54,699 bases of DNA from a virus. Taxonomy: Duplodnaviria; Heunggongvirae; Uroviricota; Caudoviricetes. Positions 26,883 through 36,338 of this stretch are shown piece by piece (positions within the stretch are counted from its first letter, which is position 1; each line of letters opens with the position of its first letter). The stretch lies in the IMG/VR virus record IMGVR_UViG_2974665086_000001, positions 1 to 54,699 of that record. One strand, given 5' to 3'. The notes below the pieces were generated by a model, which saw only the letters and a list, made by a program, of their open reading frames with translations, did not search any database and was not told the origin of the DNA. Both the position numbers and the translations under genes were made by a program.

Positions 26883-28274
26883 TTGATTAGAATAGCTGAT
26901 TATACAAGGTATCCAGAAGCCTTTAAGAAGTTTGGAATTAACTTTACAGAAGAACCGGGTTGGCGTGAGCGCGGCCACGGAGATATAGTTAAAGTACAGT
27001 TTATCGTTATCCACCACACAGCAGGTGGAAATGATGCGGGTGACATTAGAATTGTTACATACGGCAGATCAGATTTGCCAGGACCACTATCTCAATTAGT
27101 TTTGAAGAGAAATGGTGATCCACATATCGTTGCTCAGGGTGTTGCATGGCACGCTGGTTATGGTCCTGCAATGTGGGGAGCGCCAGCAGGCAACGGTAAC
27201 TACTACTCGATTGGTATTGAGGGTGTATCTAACGGTTATAACGACTGGACAGAAGCACAGAGAGCTAATTATCCTAAGGTAGTAGCAGCTTTGCTTAAGG
27301 ATATGGGCTTGCCGTCAGATAGATGGATTTTCCACAGAGATTACAACAAGCGCGATGGTAAGATCGATCCCGCTGGTTTTGACGCGGGTTGGTTCGGGCG
27401 TGAGGTTAATCGTTGGTACAACGACGGTGGACAGCCTGTTGAATCTGCCATTCAAGCAAAGCGTAGAGAAAACGCATGGCTAGGTAATAAGACTATCCCA
27501 GAAGACGAGCGTAAGACTCTCGATGGTGTAGGACGTTATGCTAGTTACGATAATGGATATGTGTACTGGCATCCAAGTATCGGTGCTCGCACAATTAAGA
27601 ATGGTCCAATCTGGGATTATTATGCAGCACAAAAGTGGGAACAAGGTTTCTTGGGTTACCCAATTAACGATACTCACGATCTAGGAGACGGCAGAAGTGC
27701 TCAGGCTTTCCAGAACGGTTCTGTTTACTCAGGCCCAAAGGGAACTTACCTGGTTATGGGTCAGATCGGTGCAGAATGGGCTAGACTTAACTGGGAAAAG
27801 GGTCCACTAGGAATGCCCATCTCAGAAGAGCTAAAGAGTCCAGCCGGTATTATCCAGAAGTACGAAAATGGTACTATCTTTTACACAGTGGCGGGAGGAG
27901 CTAGAGCTACATATGGTCTAATCGAACAAACACGTTCACGACTAGATCAGGAATTCAGCTTTGGATATCCAGAAAACAGCGAGTCACCTTGCTTCAATAA
28001 CACTGGACGATTCAACCACTTCGTGAAGGCTAGTATTTATTGGAAGCGTGGCACTGAAACTGCCTTTGCAGTAGCCGATCCAGCTAGAGAAATCTGGGGT
28101 AAGATGGGATGGGAACAGGGAAGACTTGGTTATCCTATCTCAACAACTAGTCCGAAGTTCGGTTCTCTCGAGATTCGTAGAACAGACTTCGAGGGCGGTT
28201 CAATTGAATACAATACAAAGACAGGCGAAATCACACTTATTATCAGTGGAAAGGTTGTAGACCTACCGAAGTAA
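26883..28274 (+). CDS. Endolysin: N-acetylmuramoyl-L-alanine amidase plus LGFP repeats
   Basis: IHHTAG, HAG, IGIEG, HRDY..KIDP; repeated WE.G.LG.P motifs; probable start ATA at 26892. Confidence 0.9.
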   Translation: MIRIADYTRYPEAFKKFGINFTEEPGWRERGHGDIVKVQFIVIHHTAGGNDAGDIRIVTYGRSDLPGPLSQLVLKRNGDPHIVAQGVAWHAGYGPAMWGAPAGNGNYYSIGIEGVSNGYNDWTEAQRANYPKVVAALLKDMGLPSDRWIFHRDYNKRDGKIDPAGFDAGWFGREVNRWYNDGGQPVESAIQAKRRENAWLGNKTIPEDERKTLDGVGRYASYDNGYVYWHPSIGARTIKNGPIWDYYAAQKWEQGFLGYPINDTHDLGDGRSAQAFQNGSVYSGPKGTYLVMGQIGAEWARLNWEKGPLGMPISEELKSPAGIIQKYENGTIFYTVAGGARATYGLIEQTRSRLDQEFSFGYPENSESPCFNNTGRFNHFVKASIYWKRGTETAFAVADPAREIWGKMGWEQGRLGYPISTTSPKFGSLEIRRTDFEGGSIEYNTKTGEITLIISGKVVDLPK

Positions 28275-28283
28275 GAGTATAAT
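28255..28283 (+). promoter_or_regulatory. SigA-type promoter at the lysin 3' end
   Basis: TTGTAG-17 bp-TATAAT. Confidence 0.6.
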
Positions 28284-28289
28284 TACTTA

Positions 28290-28482
28290 TGTCAGCGTAG
28301 TTAGGCCAGGCGGCAATCCTGCGAACATGGCGTATAGTGGTCATACGGTTGATCTTGACTACTGGGGGTCCACCTTTACCCCAATCGTGCAGAAGACCGG
28401 CAGTTATAGGGATTCTTACACCCTGGTCTTAGGTATTTCGCTACCTTAGGTAGTCAATAGGCGGTCGAGAGGCCGTCTATTG
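28290..28482 (+). ncRNA. Candidate structured small RNA of unknown family
   Basis: Own promoter; at least 7 helices identified by eye; ends in a 12-bp GAGA-capped hairpin. Confidence 0.45.
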
Positions 28483-28558
28483 GCATATCTGGACCTTTTA
28501 CTATAGTTGGTTTACTACTACTTTAGTAGGAGTAGAAATATGATATAATTTTACTACT

Positions 28559-30469
28559 ATGACTTTAGATAATGTATCACAACTACCAGTAAATCCAGTG
28601 GAGAAAGACCCAGGACACCCCAATGACCACAAAATCATTCACGCAGCACTAAAAGAAATTAAGATTCATATTGATAGAGGTCGATCTTATGTAGATGTGG
28701 AGGATTTCAGACAGGCATCTGATACAGCAGATCACCAGATGGTTCAGAGAGCTGTGACTTTTGCCAAGGATAATGGTGTTAGAGAAGTTAGATTAAAGTC
28801 TAGCAATTATACTTTCAAGCAGGGTATCAACATGAATGGTTGTTATCGCCTGACAATCAGAGGAAATGGACTTAGAAGTACCGAGATTTTCGTGCCCGGT
28901 ACAGCAGCAAACAACCAAGTTGACTCTGTGTTTTGGACAAACGGTCCCTGTGCTGACTTGACGTTCGAGGATTTCACTATCAAGGGAACTGTTGTTGACG
29001 ATGCAACCGGACCTCGCAGAGCTAGAGTATTCAGCCCTACGCCAGGTTATTCTCAGGCGTTTACCTTCCGTGGCGATAGAATCCCAGCCAACGACGGCTC
29101 AACACCTAACCCAGCCTACCCCAAGGTTGAAAACATTAAGATCAACAACGTAGCGATCAACGGTTCACGCACCCTTCCATTCCTATTCTCGGGAGTATCG
29201 GGTACAGCAGAAGCAACTAACTGTGAGTTCAGAAACACAATGGACCCAGGTTGGATTTACTGTGAGCGAGTTGTGGCGCATAATCTAGTCTCAGTTCTTT
29301 CAGCAGATAACGGATTCTCTTTCAGTCGTGGTAATAAGTCGGTTATTGCATCAAATCTATATGCAATTAATCCCGCGTTCTATGGTCTATGGGTATCAGG
29401 ATTCCTAACTACAGATGGTCCAGCAGGCAAGGGACCAGAGAACTTTACTATTTCCAATGTCAGCATTATGAATGCAGGATTGGGCGGTATTGTACTAGAC
29501 AACGGTCCTAAGAACGGTAAGATCACAGGTATTTACATTAACGGAGTCAGCAGAGGACCATCGGATGAGCCAGACGGCTCGGGAGGTATTGGTATTCGCT
29601 TTGGTGGTTATCCTAGTGACAACAGAGTATCGCCAACAGACTACGCAAGTAACATCGAGATTAACGACTTTGTACTGATCGATTGTGCAAAGGGCGGTAT
29701 TCAGGTTACTGGTTCAAAGGATATTTCAGTTCGAAATGGTTTGATTATCAACGCTGGTTCTGAGTTTGACTATGACGGAACAACAGTTATCGCAGATACT
29801 TCGACAACACAGAACTTCGGTATCGGAACAGGCGGTATTGCAGCCGGTACGGTGTCAGGGTTCAACGCTACAGACGTTAAGGTTATTGATAACAGAGCTA
29901 CACCGAGAACTAACTACCCATTATATCTAGACGGAACGGTAGCACCAGACTACTCGGGAATCCTGTTCTCTGGAACACGCAGAACATCAGCAACAGACAG
30001 TGCTTCGTTTGAACGCAGAATGCTTGGTTCAACTATCATTCAGTCAATGCTTATTTTGCCAAGTGGTTTAAGATCAGGTGCAAATGCTTCTACAGGAACG
30101 GTTCGCGGTTCTGACGTTAATGGTGCAGCAGGTTCGAGAAGACAAATGGCCCAGGCTTTAACTGCCAGTGTCGCTCGTTGGGACGTTGCAGCTACAGGAG
30201 ACGCAGAGAGTACAGGTAACGCAGGGTCTAACTTCGCGATTGCAGCTTATGCAGACAATGGAACTAAGATTGCCGATCATCTTACTATCAGAAGAACAGA
30301 TGGTCGATTAACTGCTAACGGAGCTATCCAATACAAGAGTTATACAACGGCGACTAGACCCACACCAGCCAGTGTAGGAACAGGATCATGTATTTTCGAT
30401 ACTACTTTGGGTAAGCCGGTATGGTCTGACGGAACAAACTGGAAAGACGCAGCGGGAACTACTGTTTAG
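28559..30469 (+). CDS. Tailspike/depolymerase-like protein (pectin-lyase beta-helix)
   Basis: DVEDF..(DD)..VQRA-type lead-in; parallel beta-helix-like repeats; C-terminal TRP..G..FDTTLGKPVW..G..W motif. Confidence 0.7.
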   Translation: MTLDNVSQLPVNPVEKDPGHPNDHKIIHAALKEIKIHIDRGRSYVDVEDFRQASDTADHQMVQRAVTFAKDNGVREVRLKSSNYTFKQGINMNGCYRLTIRGNGLRSTEIFVPGTAANNQVDSVFWTNGPCADLTFEDFTIKGTVVDDATGPRRARVFSPTPGYSQAFTFRGDRIPANDGSTPNPAYPKVENIKINNVAINGSRTLPFLFSGVSGTAEATNCEFRNTMDPGWIYCERVVAHNLVSVLSADNGFSFSRGNKSVIASNLYAINPAFYGLWVSGFLTTDGPAGKGPENFTISNVSIMNAGLGGIVLDNGPKNGKITGIYINGVSRGPSDEPDGSGGIGIRFGGYPSDNRVSPTDYASNIEINDFVLIDCAKGGIQVTGSKDISVRNGLIINAGSEFDYDGTTVIADTSTTQNFGIGTGGIAAGTVSGFNATDVKVIDNRATPRTNYPLYLDGTVAPDYSGILFSGTRRTSATDSASFERRMLGSTIIQSMLILPSGLRSGANASTGTVRGSDVNGAAGSRRQMAQALTASVARWDVAATGDAESTGNAGSNFAIAAYADNGTKIADHLTIRRTDGRLTANGAIQYKSYTTATRPTPASVGTGSCIFDTTLGKPVWSDGTNWKDAAGTTV

Positions 30470-30527
30470 GACTTTGTACTCTAGTCTGCTTAGTCCTACT
30501 AAAGTAGGAATATGATATAATTTTACT

Positions 30528-30665
30528 ATGAGCGAATCTCAAGGTAGACTGTATTACAACTATGCTATTTTTACCGGTCCTATGGGTTCGGATTATGAAT
30601 ACTCTTTGTATCCACCTGAACTTATTCCAAGTTTTTATACTGAACTCTACCTAGATTCGTATTAG
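30528..30665 (+). CDS. 45-aa Tyr-rich peptide
   Basis: ATG lies 6 nt after TGaTATAAT; 9 of 45 residues are Tyr; hand translation. Confidence 0.5.
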   Translation: MSESQGRLYYNYAIFTGPMGSDYEYSLYPPELIPSFYTELYLDSY

Positions 30666-30682
30666 AAAAGGAGAAATATTAT

Positions 30683-32125
30683 ATGACTTTGGAAAATGTA
30701 ACACAGCTTCCAGACAATCCGGTTAAGAATAGTCCCGGTCACACAAGCGACCACAAAATTATTCACTCAGCACTAAAAGAAGCAAAAGAGAGATTCCAAT
30801 CAACTTTAAGTCAAGACGACTTACAGCCTGTAAAGCAGACTCAGGCCAGCGCCGCAGCTAACGCAGCACGAATGCTAGCCAAGCTAAACAGAGGAATCGA
30901 CAACGTATCAGTATTGTATTGTGGAGACAGCACAGGAAATGAGCCACTAGAACATATTTATCTAGAAGCTCAGGCACTTGCGGCTAGGTATCCGAAGTAC
31001 ACAGTAAACTATCGTCTATGGAATGACACAACAAGAGTCTATGACGCGGCGGTAGTGATCCAGACAGGCCAGGGTGCGACTCCACCAGTATTAACGTACT
31101 GGAACTGTTCTGTATCAGGGTTTGCAACCTTCCATTTCGTAGGAGAGAGATTCACTCAGGCATTCGAGTCATTGCCCGAAGCACCTGATACAATCTTTAT
31201 TTCACATAGTCACAACATGCTAGATGTGACTACAGCGAACCTTCGAGCAAGCTTTAGACCTAACGTAATGATTCTGTCGGAAGAACTAAGTCAGATTTTC
31301 CCAGATGCGGGCGTTATTCTAATGTCGCAGAACCCTAGTTACACACCAGGACGTGAAACTTGGCAGAACATTAAGGCCACAGAGCTACAGGGGTTAGCAG
31401 CACGTCACGGTTACGGCTTTATCGACGTTCACCAAGCTTTCGTAGACACAGGTAATGCTCAGGCGTACACCAAGGTAGATAATATCCACCCGACTACATC
31501 GGCAGATGCGCCAGCTCCGAACGGTTCAGCGCTATGGGCAGAAACGGTTATGAAGGCACTTACTTACACAGGTACAGTTTCTTCACCAGCGCAGCGTCCT
31601 TCGTATTTCGTAGAACCTGCCAGATCGTTGATTCCTAATACAGAATTCGCGGATTGGACAGACGGTTCACCACCTACAGGCTGGACATTAACAAATGTGA
31701 CAGCAGAGAAGGATACAACTAACTTCGAAACTGGTACATACGGAATGAAGCTAACTGCTACCGCTACTGGTACATGTTTTGCTCAGTTCTCAGCTACACC
31801 GGCTTCACTAGGTATTAAGGGTCTGGTTTCAGGTAAGCTTATTACTGTTGGTGTGAGAATCTTTGTTCCGTCTACTAACACAATTGCAGGTGTAGGTTTA
31901 TTGGTTAAGGATCAGGGAGGATCGACTACACAGCGACGTGTTGATATTTCATCAGCTACTCGTGGTCGTTTTCACTGGCTATATCTGACTAAGAAAATTG
32001 ATTCACCTGGTACTCTATTCACATTCCAGATTTCTCCGCAGTGGTCTGGTACAAATGCAGCCACAAATGTTATGACAGTTGATCGTGTACGTGTCGTTGA
32101 GGGAGACGTGCCACGTTTCGCATGA
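30683..32125 (+). CDS. Virion-associated SGNH/GDSL esterase with a C-terminal CBM-like domain
   Basis: CGDSTG, SHSHN, DNIHP; N-terminal 33 aa similar to those of 28559-30469; AAAAGGAG RBS. Confidence 0.75.
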   Translation: MTLENVTQLPDNPVKNSPGHTSDHKIIHSALKEAKERFQSTLSQDDLQPVKQTQASAAANAARMLAKLNRGIDNVSVLYCGDSTGNEPLEHIYLEAQALAARYPKYTVNYRLWNDTTRVYDAAVVIQTGQGATPPVLTYWNCSVSGFATFHFVGERFTQAFESLPEAPDTIFISHSHNMLDVTTANLRASFRPNVMILSEELSQIFPDAGVILMSQNPSYTPGRETWQNIKATELQGLAARHGYGFIDVHQAFVDTGNAQAYTKVDNIHPTTSADAPAPNGSALWAETVMKALTYTGTVSSPAQRPSYFVEPARSLIPNTEFADWTDGSPPTGWTLTNVTAEKDTTNFETGTYGMKLTATATGTCFAQFSATPASLGIKGLVSGKLITVGVRIFVPSTNTIAGVGLLVKDQGGSTTQRRVDISSATRGRFHWLYLTKKIDSPGTLFTFQISPQWSGTNAATNVMTVDRVRVVEGDVPRFA

Positions 32126-32313
32126 TTACTACAGAAACAGCTCAAGAGAGATTTGATCGAGATTGGGTTGCGATTAGAGACGATAGAAAGGTCCGTGGCT
32201 GGGACCAGCGTCCTTATGATCGTAGAGTTCGCGAGTATGCACCGCATACAGAACCGGATGATGAAGTAATTGAGTCAAACAGTTATACAGAGCTTTATCA
32301 AGCGACATACTAA
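32122..32313 (+). CDS. Hypothetical protein, 63 aa
   Basis: ATGA overlap with the upstream stop. Confidence 0.55.
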   Translation: MITTETAQERFDRDWVAIRDDRKVRGWDQRPYDRRVREYAPHTEPDDEVIESNSYTELYQATY

Positions 32314-32330
32314 TATGCTATTATTGACAG

Positions 32331-33797
32331 ATGAGAAACTTTGATATAAGGGTAAGAGACTACAACCTAACACAATACTGGTCCAGCTTAGTAAGCAGCG
32401 GTAACAATGTCACAGGTCAGGTTGCAAACAGTTTGATTGGCGATCTAATATTCACAGCCAATCCGGTAGTCAACAACCGTAATATCACATCTGATAGCCA
32501 GAATAGTATTCTGCTAAGCTCGAATGCAGGAATCTTTGCATCGACAACTGGGTTTGAAAACATTCAGTTGTCGATGCTTCTGTATCCTAATGTAAGTGAT
32601 TTGTGGATTGTGAAGCTTCAACACGCTACGTTGGATATCGGCGTTCGTATTGACGCGGGTGGAGTTATGACTCTCGCCTACCCAGTAGAAGAAGTATTGG
32701 TAGAAGAAACGATTACATATGACGAACAGGTTAGTTATTTCTTGTTCTCTGTGATCGGTTCAGCAGCATCAGTCGTTCTAAACGAGAAGACTATCTCAAT
32801 TGAGGGAGACTTTTTGTCGTTCGACGGTGCGCAACTCGGCGGTGGAACCGGATCAGCTCTGATCGATAAAGTAGCAGTAAGTTTCTCTGGAAATCTCCCA
32901 TTTGCGAGAGACTACGCCAGAGTATTCAAATCAATCAAACTAGACACAGTTCCTAGACCTTTCGGTGCAGCAAGTTTTGCCTACATAAGCGATACTTTGC
33001 GCCCGTACGCTACATACTTAGACGCTACGGATTTTAATTACGACAATGGGTTCTACTACTCACATGCGCGTAATACATTACCCAGTGCTCGAACAGCGAT
33101 ACACAAGCTGGCACCCTTTGATATTGAGTACAGCGTCGATCAGATGGTGACCTGGACACCGCTAGCAGCAGACACATACCTGCCAGATACTATCTCTGAG
33201 GTCGTTTTCAGACACTCGGAAGAGTCAGCTTATGATTATTCTGTCGCAGTTCTGTTCACTGACAGCTCAGTAGACCCTTTAATTATGCCTTTGGCAGACT
33301 TCGACGTATCAATTTCGGGTGATATTTACCTAGCAGATGACACAGGATCGGGTTATTACGACGTAGAAACAGGCAATACTTCAAGTGCATCTATCGCAAT
33401 TGCTGGTGAAGTGAGAACTGTAGAGGCTCTGGTTGAGTTTAATTCGACTCCGACAGCATTTGTATCGACAGATATAGTCTCAACGAAGACCTATTATGTC
33501 AACGGAGTTGTATGTTCTGACCTATCTGTACTAAAATTAAACCAGGTTTATCACGTAGTAGTAACTTTCAGTGCAGCAGCATCAGTAGCAACGATTTCAG
33601 GCGATATCAAGCTAGCTGGTATTGGTGCAGCAAGCATGGCTTACTCAGCTTCGGATGCGTATAATATATTCGGAACCTTCGCTGGTAACACCTTGATTGA
33701 CGTTTTGGAAGAGATTCCTAGTTTGAAAGACGGAATTCACGCTTACAGTGAAGATAATCTTCCTGGTATTGTATATGACTTGCAATGGAATAGTTAA
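32331..33797 (+). CDS. Probable structural beta-sandwich (LamG/ConA-like) protein
   Basis: Long acidic beta-rich ORF upstream of the portal; fold call is tentative. Confidence 0.55.
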   Translation: MRNFDIRVRDYNLTQYWSSLVSSGNNVTGQVANSLIGDLIFTANPVVNNRNITSDSQNSILLSSNAGIFASTTGFENIQLSMLLYPNVSDLWIVKLQHATLDIGVRIDAGGVMTLAYPVEEVLVEETITYDEQVSYFLFSVIGSAASVVLNEKTISIEGDFLSFDGAQLGGGTGSALIDKVAVSFSGNLPFARDYARVFKSIKLDTVPRPFGAASFAYISDTLRPYATYLDATDFNYDNGFYYSHARNTLPSARTAIHKLAPFDIEYSVDQMVTWTPLAADTYLPDTISEVVFRHSEESAYDYSVAVLFTDSSVDPLIMPLADFDVSISGDIYLADDTGSGYYDVETGNTSSASIAIAGEVRTVEALVEFNSTPTAFVSTDIVSTKTYYVNGVVCSDLSVLKLNQVYHVVVTFSAAASVATISGDIKLAGIGAASMAYSASDAYNIFGTFAGNTLIDVLEEIPSLKDGIHAYSEDNLPGIVYDLQWNS

Positions 33798-33817
33798 AAT
33801 ATGTTACAATAAAGGTT

Positions 33818-34156
33818 ATGAATGAAGTAGAACTAGCCCTAAGTGGCACCAAGAACCCGCAATCTAATAAGAAAAAGATGCATGTTGTTGAGCAGGGTAA
33901 CGTTGGCATGTACGTCTGGATCAGAAAAGGTCAAGATAGTCCACTTGCAAACGAGAATAGAGAGATTCTAAATGTACCTGCCGTTAAGGGTGACCTACGA
34001 GCAATTGCAACTATTCAAAAGACAGCGAAGTACCTCGGATATCCCGAAGGTAATGCAGTATGGGTGGAAGCTCACCGATGCTCAGAAGACGAATATGAGG
34101 AGCAGCTAGCCGACTTCCAAAATGGCATTTTGCCAATTGGCGGGGCGCGCAGATAA
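33818..34156 (+). CDS. Hypothetical protein upstream of portal
   Basis: ORF track; extended -10 7 nt upstream. Confidence 0.75.
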   Translation: MNEVELALSGTKNPQSNKKKMHVVEQGNVGMYVWIRKGQDSPLANENREILNVPAVKGDLRAIATIQKTAKYLGYPEGNAVWVEAHRCSEDEYEEQLADFQNGILPIGGARR

Positions 34157-34159
34157 TTT

Positions 34160-35890
34160 ATGGAACAATTACCGGACCTACCAACATTGCAGGGTGTATA
34201 CATGGATTCCCAACAGGGAAGACGTGTCGTAGAGAACCCTACAACAGATATCTTTAGCAAGGAACTATCCCCAGAGGTTGTTCCTGATTCTAAGGTTCTC
34301 AAAAAGTTACTAGTTAACGCTGCAAAGACAGCGGGATCAAAGCAGTACGTTCCCGAAGGTCCGATGAGCGTTTATAACGCTGTAGACTGCATTGAGCCTA
34401 GTTATAACCTAGACTATCTAGCTCAGCTATACGATATCTCTGACGTACACGCATCAGCAGTGGACGCAAAGATTGATAATATCGTAGGCTTGGGCTATTA
34501 CTTTGATTACACTCGTAAGGCTGACAAACTTCGTCAGAAGGCAGCTTTAAAGGGTGAAGACAAGCGTGATGCTCTAGAAGAAAAGATGACCGATGCTAAG
34601 GACATTCTAGAAAAGATCGCAGACGAATTCAATCAACAGGATGAGTTTGACGAGACACTAGAGAAGTTCCTTAAGGATCGTTTTGCCACAGGTAATGGAT
34701 ATATTGAAGTTGGTCGTACCGTAGAAGGTAAGATCGGCTACGTTGGACATATCCCAGCCAGCACAATTCGTGTACGTCGTTTACGTGACGGATTCGTGCA
34801 GTTTATCAACGGCAAGGCTATCTTTTTCCGTAACTTCGGAGACAAGACTACAAAAGATCCTTTCGGTTTGGACAATCGTCCTAACGAAATTATCCACTAC
34901 AAGAAGTTCAGTCCAACCGACAACTACTATGGTGTTCCTGAAATCGTTTCAGCTCTGAACAGCATCGCCGGAATTAAGTATGCAACAAAGTACAATATCG
35001 ATTACTTCGAGAACCTAGCGGTTCCTCGATACATTATTGTGACTAAGGGCATGAACGTAGACGCGGCGGCTAAGAAAGACTTGCTACGATTCTTCGAGGT
35101 AGAGACAAAGGGCACATGGCACCGATCTATTGTTGTCCCATTGCCCAATGCTAATGCTGAGATTGAATTCGAGCCTGTTGAGACAGGTAAGCAAGACAGC
35201 AGCTTCGATGAATATATCAAGCTGAACCAAGGCAATATCTTATTGCGTCACCGAGTACCTGCAAACAGACTGGGTAAGTCTGACGGCACAAGCCTAGCAG
35301 CATCACGAGACGCGGATAAGATTTTCAAAGAGTCTGTTTGTCGTCCTGAACAACGTATCATCGAGAAGAAAGTCAATAAGATTTTCTCCGAACTAACTGA
35401 TATGTTCAACTTTAAGCTAAATGAATACAGTCTGACTGATGAAGATCAGAAGTCTGCAATTTACGAACGCTACCTGCGTTACGGTGTTGCAGTACCCGAC
35501 GAGATTCGTGAAAAGCTTGGTTGGGGTCCACGTTCTGACGGTAAGGGTGACGAGCCTGTCGATAGTAAGGCGTTGCAGGAATCTCAGCAGGAATCGGCTG
35601 AAAGAATGCAGCAAGCTACTTTGGCTAGTGCTGAAAAAGTAGCAAAGTCTAATGCCGCTGCGGCAGCAGCTAGACCTACTGCAACCGGATCGACACCAGC
35701 TAAGAAGGCAGCACCAGCTAAGGCACCTGCCAAAAAGGCAAGTCCAGCGGCTACAGCTAGAGCGGAACAGAAGACTAGTACAACTCAGGGCAGAGTTCGA
35801 GACCAAAATCGAACAGCAAGCACAAGTCCTGACAAGGCTGGAAGTCCCAACACACGTAACCCAAAGGGCGCGGGGACGAAGGTTAAGTAA
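34160..35890 (+). CDS. Portal protein
   Basis: GNGYIEVGR, HIPASTIRV, EIIHYKK..P...YYGVPE, YNIDYFEN.AVP motifs; position before protease and capsid. Confidence 0.9.
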   Translation: MEQLPDLPTLQGVYMDSQQGRRVVENPTTDIFSKELSPEVVPDSKVLKKLLVNAAKTAGSKQYVPEGPMSVYNAVDCIEPSYNLDYLAQLYDISDVHASAVDAKIDNIVGLGYYFDYTRKADKLRQKAALKGEDKRDALEEKMTDAKDILEKIADEFNQQDEFDETLEKFLKDRFATGNGYIEVGRTVEGKIGYVGHIPASTIRVRRLRDGFVQFINGKAIFFRNFGDKTTKDPFGLDNRPNEIIHYKKFSPTDNYYGVPEIVSALNSIAGIKYATKYNIDYFENLAVPRYIIVTKGMNVDAAAKKDLLRFFEVETKGTWHRSIVVPLPNANAEIEFEPVETGKQDSSFDEYIKLNQGNILLRHRVPANRLGKSDGTSLAASRDADKIFKESVCRPEQRIIEKKVNKIFSELTDMFNFKLNEYSLTDEDQKSAIYERYLRYGVAVPDEIREKLGWGPRSDGKGDEPVDSKALQESQQESAERMQQATLASAEKVAKSNAAAAAARPTATGSTPAKKAAPAKAPAKKASPAATARAEQKTSTTQGRVRDQNRTASTSPDKAGSPNTRNPKGAGTKVK

Positions 35891-36291
35891 TGAGCAAAAC
35901 AGGTAAGGGTTTCTGGGAGTCAATGTTACAACCCATTAACCCTAACCTGTCCATTCTAATAGGACTTCTGAACGTACTATACGGCCTCTGGTTATTCATC
36001 CCTGATGAAGACCTGGCAATCTATCAGTACCTCGATTTCTTTATTCCTGGACAGGTATGGGGAGTAATCTTAGTTGGACTTGGTGCATCGATGATGTATA
36101 TTAATCGTAAATACTCACCAAGAGCACAGGTTAAGCCTATGTATCTTAATGCAATAATCTGGTCGATCATCACTGGATTTACAGCACTGGGAGACGTGAC
36201 AAACAACATTTGGATTCTTATGTTATTCGTATGTATCTATTCGATTTTTGTTGCTTCTAACTTTTGGGTAAACTGGGAATACGGCAAATGA
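35890..36291 (+). CDS. Four-TM membrane protein (holin candidate)
   Basis: Four hydrophobic segments in 133 aa. Confidence 0.6.
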   Translation: MSKTGKGFWESMLQPINPNLSILIGLLNVLYGLWLFIPDEDLAIYQYLDFFIPGQVWGVILVGLGASMMYINRKYSPRAQVKPMYLNAIIWSIITGFTALGDVTNNIWILMLFVCIYSIFVASNFWVNWEYGK

Positions 36292-36338
36292 TATGAATTT
36301 GCAATTAAAGTTACAATGCTGGTATAATGATAGTTACA

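Noticed and set aside
28327-28449. 40-codon ORF (MAYSGHTVDLDYW...) inside the RNA candidate
   Set aside because: No RBS, not leaderless, and buried in helices.
28290-28482. Group I intron (GACTAC/GTAGTC as P7, GNRA hairpin as P9) or RNase P-like RNA (CAGAAGACCGGCAGTTATAG)
   Set aside because: No convincing P4-P6 domain or interrupted exon, and no GAGGAAAGTCC conserved region. Kept only as an unassigned RNA candidate.
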